A program made the translations under genes and the position numbers. Below, piece after piece: positions 52,296 to 61,681 of a stretch of DNA of 64,000 nucleotides (the first letter of the stretch is position 1; each line of letters opens with the position of its first letter). The stretch lies in contig CAKZJB010000081.1 of the NCBI GenBank assembly GCA_936940865.1, positions 6,899 to 70,898 of the forward strand, in the 5' to 3' direction. Source of the stretch: an uncultured Asticcacaulis sp. (GTDB lineage Bacteria; Pseudomonadota; Alphaproteobacteria; Caulobacterales; Caulobacteraceae). The notes beneath the pieces are model-generated. The model was not told where the DNA came from, made no database searches, and saw nothing but the letters and a program-made list of their open reading frames with translations.

Positions 52296-53201
52296 ATGTT
52301 CGAGCCCACACCGTCCCAGCCCTTCGTTATCGCCGCCTTCTATCACTTCTTCGACTTTCCCGAGTTCGAAGCCCGCCAGGCCGAGTTGCTGGAGCGCATG
52401 AAGGCGCTCGACATCAAGGGCTCGCTGCTCATCACGCGCGAAGGCATCAATTCGACCCTGTCGGGCACGCGCGCCGGCGTCGACGCTTTCCTGGCCTACA
52501 TGCAAAGCGACATCGTTCGCGGCCCTTTCCAGTGGAAGGAATCGCTGGCCGAATTCCAGCCGTTCGGCAAGGCGCGGGTCCGCCTGAAAAAGGAAACGAT
52601 CTCGCTGGGCGAGCCGGTGTCGATGAAGCGTTTCGGCACTTACGTCGCCCCCGCCGACTGGAATGCCCTGATCAGCCGCGACGATGTGGTGATCATCGAC
52701 ACCCGTAACGATTACGAGGTCAATCTCGGCACCTTCAGGGGCGCCATCGATCCGCTGATCCCCAATTTCAAGCATCTGCCGCAGTGGACGCGCGACAACG
52801 CCGAAGCGCTCAGGGGCAAGACTATCGCCACCTTCTGCACCGGCGGCATCCGCTGTGAGAAATATACGTCGTGGCTGATCGACCAGGGCTTCGAGGATGT
52901 CCATCACCTCAAGGGCGGCATCCTGCAATATCTCGAGGACGTGCCGGAGCGGGACTCGCTGTGGCAAGGCGAATGTTTCGTCTTCGACGAACGAATCGCC
53001 GTCGATCACAGCCTACGGCCGTCTAAGACCGCCGTGCTGTGCCTGTATTGCGACCACGCCCTGACGCCCGAAGACCAGCAAAGCCCCCTGTATGTCAAAG
53101 GCCGGTCATGCCCGCACTGCAAGGGGCTGGCCGACCATGCGCACGATGAACCCAAAAGCGGAAAATCGCGCCGCGCCTTCCCCGGACGCACGAAATTTTA
53201 G
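52296..53201 (+). CDS. trhO: Rhodanese-domain tRNA U34 hydroxylase (UPF0176/YceA/TrhO)
   Basis: AAFYHFFDF N-terminus, rhodanese active loop CTGGIRCEK, and a C-terminal Cys cluster. Confidence 0.85.
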   Translation: MFEPTPSQPFVIAAFYHFFDFPEFEARQAELLERMKALDIKGSLLITREGINSTLSGTRAGVDAFLAYMQSDIVRGPFQWKESLAEFQPFGKARVRLKKETISLGEPVSMKRFGTYVAPADWNALISRDDVVIIDTRNDYEVNLGTFRGAIDPLIPNFKHLPQWTRDNAEALRGKTIATFCTGGIRCEKYTSWLIDQGFEDVHHLKGGILQYLEDVPERDSLWQGECFVFDERIAVDHSLRPSKTAVLCLYCDHALTPEDQQSPLYVKGRSCPHCKGLADHAHDEPKSGKSRRAFPGRTKF

Positions 53202-53396
53202 GCTTCCCCAGTCCATATCGTGGTGTAGCCTGGCCACATCGTCGTCATTTCCGGCGAAATCCGCCCCAAATGACAGCGTCTTCATTTGACCTTGGCATAT
53301 TAACCATTATGCTGTGGTTTGAGGCATGCCTTTTGCAGGCCGCGGGGGATGACGCCCGGTCTGGCCGGTCGGACTAGCAGGGGATTTCGGTTTCGT

Positions 53397-55172
53397 ATGA
53401 AGCAGTTTCTGATCACATTGACGGCCGCAATCGTCGCCCTGATCATCGTTCTGGTCGCCCTGCCCATCGGCCTGATTGCCCTTGTGGCGTCTTCGCACCC
53501 CCACACCACAGGCGACGTCGTCGTTTCGCTGGACCTGCGCGACAAGATGACCGACCAATCGCGTTCGGCGCCCTTCGATTTCCTGACCGGCAAAAGCATG
53601 TCGACGCTGGAAATCGTCCAGACCCTGCACCGCGCCGCCGACGACAGCCACGTCAAGGCCGTGTTCATCCGCCTGCCGGAGGGCGGCATGTCGCCGGCCG
53701 CGGCCGAAGAAATCCGCGACGCCATCATCTATGTCCGCCGTGCCTCGAAGCCCGTGATCGCCCATAGCCAGGGCCTCTATCCGGACACCATGGTGGTCTC
53801 GACCTACATGCTGGGCTCGGCCGCCAGCGAGTTGTGGATGCAACCGCGCGCCTCCTTCCAGGTGACCGGCATCTCGACCAACACCATGTTCATGAAGCGC
53901 GCCTTCGACAAGTACGGCGTCCAGGCCCAGTACGAACAGCGCTATGAGTTCAAGAACGCGGTCAACCCCTATCTCTACGACGACTATACGCCGGCGCACC
54001 GTGAAGCCACCCTGTCATGGATGGACAGCATCTATCAGTCGATGCTGAGCAACATCGCCCACGACCGCCGCATCGACCAGGCCAAGCTGCAGCAGACCCT
54101 CGAAGCCGGACCCTATGGCGCCGAGCAGGCGCTGGACCTCGGCCTCGTCACCCACCTCGGCCAGGTGCACGACGCCCAGGAAGCGGCCAAGAAGCGCGGC
54201 AACGAAAACACCCAGGTCGTGGACTTACGCGACTATGAGCGCAGCCTGGACCCGCAGGTCGGTGGCGATACCATCGCCGTCATCGACGGCGAAGGCGCCA
54301 TCATGACCGGCAAGGGCGGCGGCGGTTTCGGCAGCTCGCCGACCATGCTGTCGGACGATATTTCGAACGCCTTCTACACGGCTGCCAAGGATCCCAAGGT
54401 CCGCGCCATTGTCTTCCGCGTCTCGTCGCCCGGCGGTTCGGACACCGCGTCCGAGCAGATCGCCAACGCCATGCAGGCGGCCAAGGAAGCCGGCAAGCCG
54501 GTCGTCGTATCCATGGGCGAATATGCCGCCTCGGGCGGTTACTGGGTGTCTTCGGGCGCTTCATCGATCGTCGCCAATCCGTCGACCCTGACCGGCTCGA
54601 TCGGCGTCTTCGGCGGCAAGTTCGCTTTCGGCGACGCCCTGTCGCGCTTCGGCATCGATATCCGCGACATCTCGGTCGGCGGCGACTACAGCTCGGCCTT
54701 CAGCGAAGCCAAGGGCTTTACGCCGGAACAGCGCGCTGCCCTGTCGTCCTGGATCGACCAGATCTATAACGGCTTCATCGTCCATGTCGCCTCGGGCCGG
54801 AATATCCCGGTCGAGCAGGTCCAGCAGATCGCCAAGGGCCGCGTCTGGACGGGCCAGCAGGCCCTGGGCCTTCACCTGGTCGACAAGACCGGCGGTTTCT
54901 ACGACGCTGTCGAGGAAGCCAAGCGCCTGGCCAAGATTGACGCCGCGGCCGATGTGCAACTGGTTAATTACGACAACAAGTCCGGCAAGTTCGGCGGCTT
55001 CGGCAGCAGCGTCCAGATGGCCATGTCGGGCCTGAAGACCCTGTCCTTCCTGGGCTGGGCCATGCAGGACCCGAAGGCGGAAGCCGCCATGAACGCGGTC
55101 GCCGACGAACGCCTGCGCGAAGAAGGTGCAACAGTAATGGCGCCCAAGCCGTACGAACCTTCGACGCGGTAA
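53397..55172 (+). CDS. sppA: Signal peptide peptidase SppA, 67K type (two S49 domains)
   Basis: N-terminal TM MKQFLITLTAAIVALIIVLVALPIGLIAL. Two S49 repeats, the second with SMGEYAASGGYWVSS (Ser nucleophile). Confidence 0.85.
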   Translation: MKQFLITLTAAIVALIIVLVALPIGLIALVASSHPHTTGDVVVSLDLRDKMTDQSRSAPFDFLTGKSMSTLEIVQTLHRAADDSHVKAVFIRLPEGGMSPAAAEEIRDAIIYVRRASKPVIAHSQGLYPDTMVVSTYMLGSAASELWMQPRASFQVTGISTNTMFMKRAFDKYGVQAQYEQRYEFKNAVNPYLYDDYTPAHREATLSWMDSIYQSMLSNIAHDRRIDQAKLQQTLEAGPYGAEQALDLGLVTHLGQVHDAQEAAKKRGNENTQVVDLRDYERSLDPQVGGDTIAVIDGEGAIMTGKGGGGFGSSPTMLSDDISNAFYTAAKDPKVRAIVFRVSSPGGSDTASEQIANAMQAAKEAGKPVVVSMGEYAASGGYWVSSGASSIVANPSTLTGSIGVFGGKFAFGDALSRFGIDIRDISVGGDYSSAFSEAKGFTPEQRAALSSWIDQIYNGFIVHVASGRNIPVEQVQQIAKGRVWTGQQALGLHLVDKTGGFYDAVEEAKRLAKIDAAADVQLVNYDNKSGKFGGFGSSVQMAMSGLKTLSFLGWAMQDPKAEAAMNAVADERLREEGATVMAPKPYEPSTR

Positions 55173-55187
55173 GGCGCATTGGAACGA

Positions 55188-55213
55188 GCCCCGGCAAAGA
55201 GCCGGGGCTTTTT
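55188..55213 (+). terminator. Rho-independent terminator
   Basis: GCCCCGGC-AAAGA-GCCGGGGC followed by TTTTT, between convergent genes. Confidence 0.65.
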
Positions 55214-55214
55214 G

Positions 55215-56744
55215 TTAAGAATAATAGGCCTTACGAAACTCGTCCATGAAAGTCCCGTAGGCTTCAGCGGCCCCGATTCTTGAAGTAGAAATCGGAGCCC
55301 GCACCTGCGCGACACTGGCAGTACTTATCGCGCGTTTTGCTTTATGCGGTTCGAATACCTGAGGCTCTTCGTCCAGCCCCACATGATGGAGTATCTTGGG
55401 AATCCAAGTCTCGGGGCTCGAAACCAGCTCTTCATAAGGCACAGTCAAAATACGATCAGGAAAAATTTTTGCCCAGTGCTCATAGAGACGATCCTCGACC
55501 TTAAAGAACTTGGCTATATCCGTAAGCGAGTACGACCAAGGGATCGTGCCCGGTTGCGAATAGAGGCGAAACACCGAAAGGGCGTTGTCTTCCGGTCGGC
55601 GACGCATCCAGACGATTTTGGAGTTTGGCAAGCTGTGCAAAATAAGACCGACAAACTGACCAATCGTAACGGTCTTGTCGATGGCCTTTCCTGTCGGGCC
55701 AAACCGTTGGGTGATCATCCCTAGAAAATCTCGGCCGATATCCCCCCAAGGATCGCTCGAGGCCGACCTCGTCTGATAAGCCAATGCATCTTCAAAATTG
55801 AAATCGCCGTTGAATGGATAGGTGGTCGATATATCCTCCGGTGCCAGTCCGTCCCCTCCCCCCAGTTTTAGGTTCCCGGCCGGCATTAAGGCGATAGGAA
55901 TACGGTTGAGTTCCGCCCCGCCAACCACTTGCGAATGGCTAACAAGAATTTGCTCCGCAAGCGTCGTCCCGGAGCGCGGAAAGCCTGTAACGAAAATGAC
56001 GCGGTCGTCTGTGGCGCCAGAGGGCTTTAATCGCGCCAGATTTTCCTTGGTGTATCCCGCGATCAATTGCTTCGCATACCGCTCCCATCCCTCAAGACGA
56101 GGCGGTCCACCGGCCTGGCGCATGGATGCGGCTCCGGACATGTAGGCTTTCGTGGCCATTTCAATGTCACCAGCATCGTCATACGCCTTACCGAGGGCGT
56201 AAAGCATCTGCCCCTTGATCTCGGGAGGAGCACGCCCGATCCGAGGCAGGATTGCCTCCATGCGCGCAATGTCCGGATCGCCCTTCTTGAATTTCTTCGC
56301 GACTGACAGCGCCAGCCATTGCACTGGAGCCGGTGAAATCGCCAAGGCTTTTTCGATATATTCGATCGCCCGATCAAAATCGCCGACTTGTGTCGCACAA
56401 ACCGCTCGCAGATGAAGGACCGCCGGGTGATTTCGGCTACTTGCTGGCAGCGTCCCCATAACGGCAACGGCTTCATCGACGAAGCCAAATCTTACAAGAA
56501 TGGACGCATGATACATGACATTGTCCATATCTTGCGGAGGCGTGGCGGCGAAGCGCTTTGCCGCCTCGATCGCAAGGTTCTGCTCGCCGAATTGACCGGC
56601 AAGCTGCGCAACGTCCTGCCAGAATATTCCAAAGTGCGGCCCCCGCTCCAGATCTTCACGGATAATGGACACGGCGGCGCGGCGGTCCAGCCTTTGGCTT
56701 ACCTCGACGATCTCATCAATTCGCGGCGTGAAAGACGATGTCAT
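55215..56744 (-). CDS. TPR-repeat sulfotransferase-family protein
   Basis: N-terminal TPRs. PAPS-binding 5'-PSB motif FVTGFPRSGTTLAEQIL and a later WMRRRPEDNALSVFR. Start at ATG 56744. GC is about 50% by hand count, against about 63-66% around it. Confidence 0.75.
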   Translation of the reverse strand: MTSSFTPRIDEIVEVSQRLDRRAAVSIIREDLERGPHFGIFWQDVAQLAGQFGEQNLAIEAAKRFAATPPQDMDNVMYHASILVRFGFVDEAVAVMGTLPASSRNHPAVLHLRAVCATQVGDFDRAIEYIEKALAISPAPVQWLALSVAKKFKKGDPDIARMEAILPRIGRAPPEIKGQMLYALGKAYDDAGDIEMATKAYMSGAASMRQAGGPPRLEGWERYAKQLIAGYTKENLARLKPSGATDDRVIFVTGFPRSGTTLAEQILVSHSQVVGGAELNRIPIALMPAGNLKLGGGDGLAPEDISTTYPFNGDFNFEDALAYQTRSASSDPWGDIGRDFLGMITQRFGPTGKAIDKTVTIGQFVGLILHSLPNSKIVWMRRRPEDNALSVFRLYSQPGTIPWSYSLTDIAKFFKVEDRLYEHWAKIFPDRILTVPYEELVSSPETWIPKILHHVGLDEEPQVFEPHKAKRAISTASVAQVRAPISTSRIGAAEAYGTFMDEFRKAYYS

Positions 56745-56870
56745 GTAATGAACTTTCTCGGAAATACCACGGGTGGTCTGAAGATGCTTAGCAATGGCAT
56801 TCAACAAAAACAACGGCGGAAGGTTGCCCTTCCGCCGTTGCCATTGAGACCTAAATCTCAAAGCGACAAT

Positions 56871-59800
56871 TTAGTAGCTCAGATCGAAGCCAATGCGCAT
56901 GTAGCGCGGCGAGGCGTAGGCCGTGGGCTTACCAAAGTTCGGATTATGATAGGTATAGTCCGAACCGTCGTCCGCGTTCGTGTCGCGGCCGGTGATCATC
57001 TTGGTGTCGAACAGGTTGAAGATGTCAGCACGAAGGATGAGCTTGCCGTTCAACGCGAACTGCTGAGGCACAGTGTAACGCATGGAAAGGTCAAGTTGCT
57101 TCGTCCAGTCCGTCTTGCCTCCATGCCCCATCGGCGATGGCTGACCCCAGCAATAGTGGCTCGAGTCGCCATAGCCGGCAGCGGCGTTGTCCGTGGGGTG
57201 AACCCCCATGCAGGACAGGTGCTGCGGCGAGATCACATTCAGGTTCGCACCAACCAGGAATTCCGGCGTAATGGCATACGAACCCCAGACCTTAAACTCG
57301 TGCGTACGGTCGTTCGGCAGCAGACCCGTCGCATAATCGGTCAGCCCCTTGTAGTCATAGAGCTGAGTCGAGCCAGCGTCGGTCTGACCAGTAACGCCGT
57401 CACCGAAGGTATAGACGGTGCCTTCGTAGTTACCGTAGTTGCGCGACCAGGTGTACGAGCCCTGTAGACCCCATTTGCCATCGAAAGCCCGTTTGAAATC
57501 AAGCGTGATTGCCGAATAGGTCCGTGTCGGCTTCGGGAAGCCAAGTCCGGTCAGGGTAATAACCGACGGTTCCGACTGACCGGGCAGCGGGTGGAAGGTC
57601 CGGAAGGTGATCGAGTCACCGATGTTCCACACGTGGTACTCCGGCAGCGTTCCGCCGTAACCGTAGGTGTTGCCCGGATAAGGCGCCGAACAGTTGACGT
57701 GCAGGACATTCGTACAATAGTCGACGATGGCCGGCGCGAAATCGGTATCTTCCGAAACACGGTCCAGGCTACGGTACACGCCCGTGATGCCGAAGGTCCA
57801 CTGGTCATTCGCCTTGTAGCTGGCACCCAGTGTGTACTCCGTTTCACGTGTAGCCTTCAGACCGAAAGCCGCCTTGGCATTGGCCGGCTCCTGGACGCCC
57901 GCACCATACACGATACACGAACTATCCGTCGAACTGGTCGGGGGACTGCCAGGCGCATTGCCGATATCCGACGTCGGACACAGGCTGTTGTAAGGAGCCG
58001 AGGCCGGATAAATGGTCCCGAAGGAGGACGGCAGGCCGGTGGTCGGGTCAACGTTGGTGCCGAGGTGCCAACCGCCAGTCGGCGCTCTCCAGCGCTCATA
58101 GAAGTAGAAGTCCTTGCCGCGGAAACCGAGGTTCATAGCGGGCGGGATATAGTACTGGCCGTACGATCCCTGGAAGCGCCAGTTCGAATCTTCGCTCGGC
58201 TTCCAGCTGAACCCGAAGCGCGGAGCCCAGTTGCCCTTGAGATCGAGATATTGATCACCGGACAGGTTGGTTTGCTTGAACTGGTCGTCGCGGAGACCGA
58301 TTTGCAGGGTCAGAAGCGGCGTAATATCCCACTGATCCTGAATATAGAAGGCCGAATCCTGACCGCTCACCTTACCTCCGAGGTTTTCATAGAGCAGGCG
58401 AGCGCGCTTTGTGAACGTATTCGAATTCGTACCATAATAGAAATCGGTATAGGTCGGATACCAACCCTGCGCCAGCGGACCGCCGCCGAGGGCAGTACCT
58501 GCCGACGGAGCATAATAGCCATAGAGACGGATCAATACGGGCACGGTACCGACCAGCTTGGTCGTCTTGGTCATGCTCAGGTCTTCGTTATCGAATCCGA
58601 AGCGGACGTGGTGCTTGCCCAGCTTTTCGAAGCGCAGGTCGCCATCGATGCGCCAGAACTTACGCTCCGTGTCGTCCTTGCCATACGTCGTGTACGGCTG
58701 GGTCGACGAAGCGCGCATCGCCAGGCCGGTATTGAAGTCATAGAACTGAACATAGTTCTGCGTGGTGTTTTCCGGCGTAACGTCGTCGGAATCTTTGCTG
58801 ATGCCGTATTCCGCAGAAACCGTGAACCAGTCGGTCAGGTTGCCAGTGTACTTACCGACCCAGTTGGCGCCGCCCGTCTTGATAGTGCGCTTGCCGTTCG
58901 TAATTTCGGAACCGATCACGCCGTCTGAACCGTTGTCGGCGGAGCCCGTATAGGTATACCGGACATCCTTCTCAGTCGAGCTGGTGTCGAAATAGGTCAG
59001 TTCGAAATGCTGTTGCGGTGTAAGATACCAATCAAGCTTTCCGCCGTAGAACGGATCCTTGGTTTGCGCCGCCTGATAGTAACCGTTCGTCGTGCTAGCA
59101 GAGGTCGACTTGTCGTCATTGAACTGAACCAGGCCATACAGGAACAGCTTGTCCTTGATCAGCGCCCCGCCTGACTCGACGATGAGTGAACTGGTATCGC
59201 TTGTCTGGAATTTGCCAGGCGTGCCGGTTGTATCCCACTTGGGTGCACTGAGCCTCTTCGGGGCGAAATTGCCGTGAACGGCGAACATGAAATCGTTCGT
59301 ACCGCTCTTCGTCGTGGCGTTGACAACGCCGCCCGTAGCGCGGCCGAATTCAGCAGCGTAGCCGGACGTCTGGACCTGGACAGTCTTGTAGAAGTCGAAG
59401 GGAACGGTCGCGCCACCAACGTACGTGTCCGGGTTGGTGATATTCAGGCCGTTGATATAATAGGCGTTTTCAGCCGCCGAGCCACCGCCGATCGTCGGAG
59501 CGGCAAACGCGTCCGAACGAACCGTCGTCGGCGCCAACAGGGTCACAGCCTCAATGCTGCGGCCGATAGGTTGCTGGGCCGTAAGCGTGGTCAGATCAAC
59601 CGACAGACCATTGGTCGACTTGGTGAAGTCCTGACGGACGCGCTTGCCTTTCACGATAACGGTCTGCGCAGCGCCGACCGTCGTCAGGGAATAGGAATAG
59701 GAAATTTCCTGCGACACTTCGACCTTGGCGGATGTCTTATAAGGCTCGAAGCCAGGGGCAGCGACTTCGACCGTGTAATCGCCAGCAGCCAGACCGGTCG

Positions 59801-60059
59801 CGGTGACAACGCCCGACACGTTGGTGGTCAGCGTCTTGGAGATGCCTTGGGCCTGCGACGTCAAAGTGACTTTCGCACCGGCAACCGGGGCGCCGTTAGG
59901 ATCCTTAACCGAGATCGAGACAGCACCTGAGGTGTAGTCCTGAGCTTCCGCATTCGTTGCCGATAACGCGGCAACGCCTGCGATCAACGCAGGAACGGCG
60001 AACGACGACAGCAGCGTCGTCGTGGCCATCAGGCCACTTCGCAAAGTTATCTTTTTCAC
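56871..60059 (-). CDS. TonB-dependent receptor with an N-terminal carboxypeptidase-regulatory-like domain
   Basis: Signal peptide ...AALSATNAEAQ. A CarboxypepD_reg-like GAVSISVKDPNGAPVAGAKVTLT...GDYTVEVAAPGFEP, then plug and beta-barrel, ending in an aromatic residue (...IGFDLSY). GTG 60059 with GGAGA upstream. Confidence 0.85.
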   Translation of the reverse strand: MKKITLRSGLMATTTLLSSFAVPALIAGVAALSATNAEAQDYTSGAVSISVKDPNGAPVAGAKVTLTSQAQGISKTLTTNVSGVVTATGLAAGDYTVEVAAPGFEPYKTSAKVEVSQEISYSYSLTTVGAAQTVIVKGKRVRQDFTKSTNGLSVDLTTLTAQQPIGRSIEAVTLLAPTTVRSDAFAAPTIGGGSAAENAYYINGLNITNPDTYVGGATVPFDFYKTVQVQTSGYAAEFGRATGGVVNATTKSGTNDFMFAVHGNFAPKRLSAPKWDTTGTPGKFQTSDTSSLIVESGGALIKDKLFLYGLVQFNDDKSTSASTTNGYYQAAQTKDPFYGGKLDWYLTPQQHFELTYFDTSSTEKDVRYTYTGSADNGSDGVIGSEITNGKRTIKTGGANWVGKYTGNLTDWFTVSAEYGISKDSDDVTPENTTQNYVQFYDFNTGLAMRASSTQPYTTYGKDDTERKFWRIDGDLRFEKLGKHHVRFGFDNEDLSMTKTTKLVGTVPVLIRLYGYYAPSAGTALGGGPLAQGWYPTYTDFYYGTNSNTFTKRARLLYENLGGKVSGQDSAFYIQDQWDITPLLTLQIGLRDDQFKQTNLSGDQYLDLKGNWAPRFGFSWKPSEDSNWRFQGSYGQYYIPPAMNLGFRGKDFYFYERWRAPTGGWHLGTNVDPTTGLPSSFGTIYPASAPYNSLCPTSDIGNAPGSPPTSSTDSSCIVYGAGVQEPANAKAAFGLKATRETEYTLGASYKANDQWTFGITGVYRSLDRVSEDTDFAPAIVDYCTNVLHVNCSAPYPGNTYGYGGTLPEYHVWNIGDSITFRTFHPLPGQSEPSVITLTGLGFPKPTRTYSAITLDFKRAFDGKWGLQGSYTWSRNYGNYEGTVYTFGDGVTGQTDAGSTQLYDYKGLTDYATGLLPNDRTHEFKVWGSYAITPEFLVGANLNVISPQHLSCMGVHPTDNAAAGYGDSSHYCWGQPSPMGHGGKTDWTKQLDLSMRYTVPQQFALNGKLILRADIFNLFDTKMITGRDTNADDGSDYTYHNPNFGKPTAYASPRYMRIGFDLSY

Positions 60060-60187
60060 TCTTGTTTCTCCGGGTTACATAGGGGTGTAGGCGCACCCAC
60101 CGCAGCTTCCAGCATTACACGCTGTTAATAAACTTAAATCCTGCTGTCGCGAATCCGTCAATCACGCGACATATTTTTGTCCATATC

Positions 60188-60207
60188 AATTGAAACGTGT
60201 TTCAATT
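60188..60207. promoter_or_regulatory. Perfect 9-2-9 palindrome AATTGAAAC-GT-GTTTCAATT (LacI-family-type operator)
   Basis: Read directly. The core TGAAACGTGTTTCA resembles the LacI/CcpA-type TGnAAnCGnTTnCA. It lies about 130 bp upstream of the TBDR start. Confidence 0.45.
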
Positions 60208-60699
60208 AAGTCACAGCGGCAACCTTCCCCTAGGGAAAGAATGCCACCTGGAGGCAAATGATTTTTCCAAGGAAAATCAGCCGTTTCCCAAACAGGCCGG
60301 TGGACTTTAGCGTATAAAAATCAATTTATTGCCAATACCGGCTGTCGGTTGACGGCGGCCATTCGAAGGGGAATAAATGACCCCGAATAGCCAGATTGGA
60401 CCAAAAATTATTCCAAGGCCGATCGACCGGGGTTGTGGCGATCCGCGGTCTTGAGATGCCCGTTTAATGCGAAACGGCAATACGCACGGCGGCAAGCGGC
60501 TGGACGGGCTCGGGCGTGCACTGGGCCACCAGGATGTTTGCCAGGGTAAGCACAATCAGGGCAAAAACCACGCGTTGGGCGCGGCGGGAAACATAGATGA
60601 GCGTGGCAGACATTGGGACACCTGTCGTAAGTACGGCAGGGCCACAGCAAGGCTCGGGCCAGATGTTAAGAGACGCTTAACCCTGTCTGCCGGCCGCCT

Positions 60700-61479
60700 T
60701 CACAACGCCTTGATCTTATTGACCAGGGCGGTGACACGACGGCAGTTCGCCCCCAGGTCCGGCATGTCGTAACGGCTGACCGACCGGATATCGATGGCGC
60801 GCGGATCGATACGGATGATGACATCCGACTTGAAGCCATAGAAGTTGTCCTGATAGGTCCCTTCCACCCGCCACGGCGCATGGCCGAAAACAATATAGTG
60901 TTCGGCCTTGAGAAGGCTGACGATCTGGTCTTCGGTCACCGCCTTGTTGACGATCGTCCTGGCGCCCGGACACGTGGCTTCATTGATATCGGCAACGGTG
61001 CGGCCGCCCCACTCCATCGATTCGTTGCGCGGCACCCGGGGCAGGTCTTCGACCGCCTTGGCGTCGCGGCCGCGATCTTCCATCAGCTTGTCGGAAAAGC
61101 TCAGCGGCCGGTCCCAGTCGGTCGCGACGTCTGCAATCGGCGGAAAGGCCTTCAATGCCTTCTGATAGGCATAGAAGCCGCCCATCAGCCCCCCGGAAAC
61201 GATCAGCCCCCCGATCGCCCAGATGAGGGTCCGTCCCGGCGCCTTGAAAACGGCAATGAGCAGCGACAGACCGCAAACGACCAGGGCCGCCATCGCGACC
61301 TTCGGTCCATAGCCGAGGGTGAGCGTGCGGAAGCCGAAGTCGAGCCCGATATAGCCGAGGTGAGTCGCCATCATCACCAGCACCATGTAAAGCACCGCCA
61401 GCACGGAGGCGATAAAGGCGATGTGGGCAAAGGCCAGCCCCTTCTTTGCCTCATGGCGGTGAGATGAATGCTCGGTCAA
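60700..61479 (-). CDS. Membrane protein with a C-terminal DUF1499-like domain
   Basis: Three or four N-terminal TM helices. The C-terminal FGFKSDVIIRIDP..IDIRSVSRYDMPDLGANCRRV resembles DUF1499 (recollection). The track start is a TTG, so the start is uncertain. Confidence 0.55.
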   Translation of the reverse strand: MTEHSSHRHEAKKGLAFAHIAFIASVLAVLYMVLVMMATHLGYIGLDFGFRTLTLGYGPKVAMAALVVCGLSLLIAVFKAPGRTLIWAIGGLIVSGGLMGGFYAYQKALKAFPPIADVATDWDRPLSFSDKLMEDRGRDAKAVEDLPRVPRNESMEWGGRTVADINEATCPGARTIVNKAVTEDQIVSLLKAEHYIVFGHAPWRVEGTYQDNFYGFKSDVIIRIDPRAIDIRSVSRYDMPDLGANCRRVTALVNKIKAL

Positions 61480-61681
61480 GATCGGCGAATCCTCAGATAC
61501 GGGATGTGTACGGCGCGAAAGCCGGAAGAATTGGGGCGGGATATTCGCGCGTCACGGCCATACCTCGCACAGGCGAAAAAGGTGTGACAACGCGAAATTT
61601 TTTCGCCTGCATTCCTGTACCGCTTTCTCAACTTATGCGCGCAAAAGCTCCATTTAAAAGGGCTTTTGTCACAGCCAGCAG

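Noticed and set aside
50882-60060. Integrated genomic island or prophage at tRNA-Gln
   Set aside because: No integrase, phage or conjugation genes and no visible tRNA-derived direct repeat are present. trhO and sppA within the stretch have normal composition. Only two small low-GC patches remain, and these are reported separately.
48186-60613. Lasso-peptide or other RiPP locus (S9 peptidase, TonB-dependent receptor and small ORFs, in a Caulobacterales/Asticcacaulis-like background)
   Set aside because: No lasso cyclase (Asn-synthetase-like) or leader peptidase (transglutaminase-like) genes are present. The S9 enzyme has an oligopeptidase-B-type N-terminus. The components are 10 kb apart with housekeeping genes between them.
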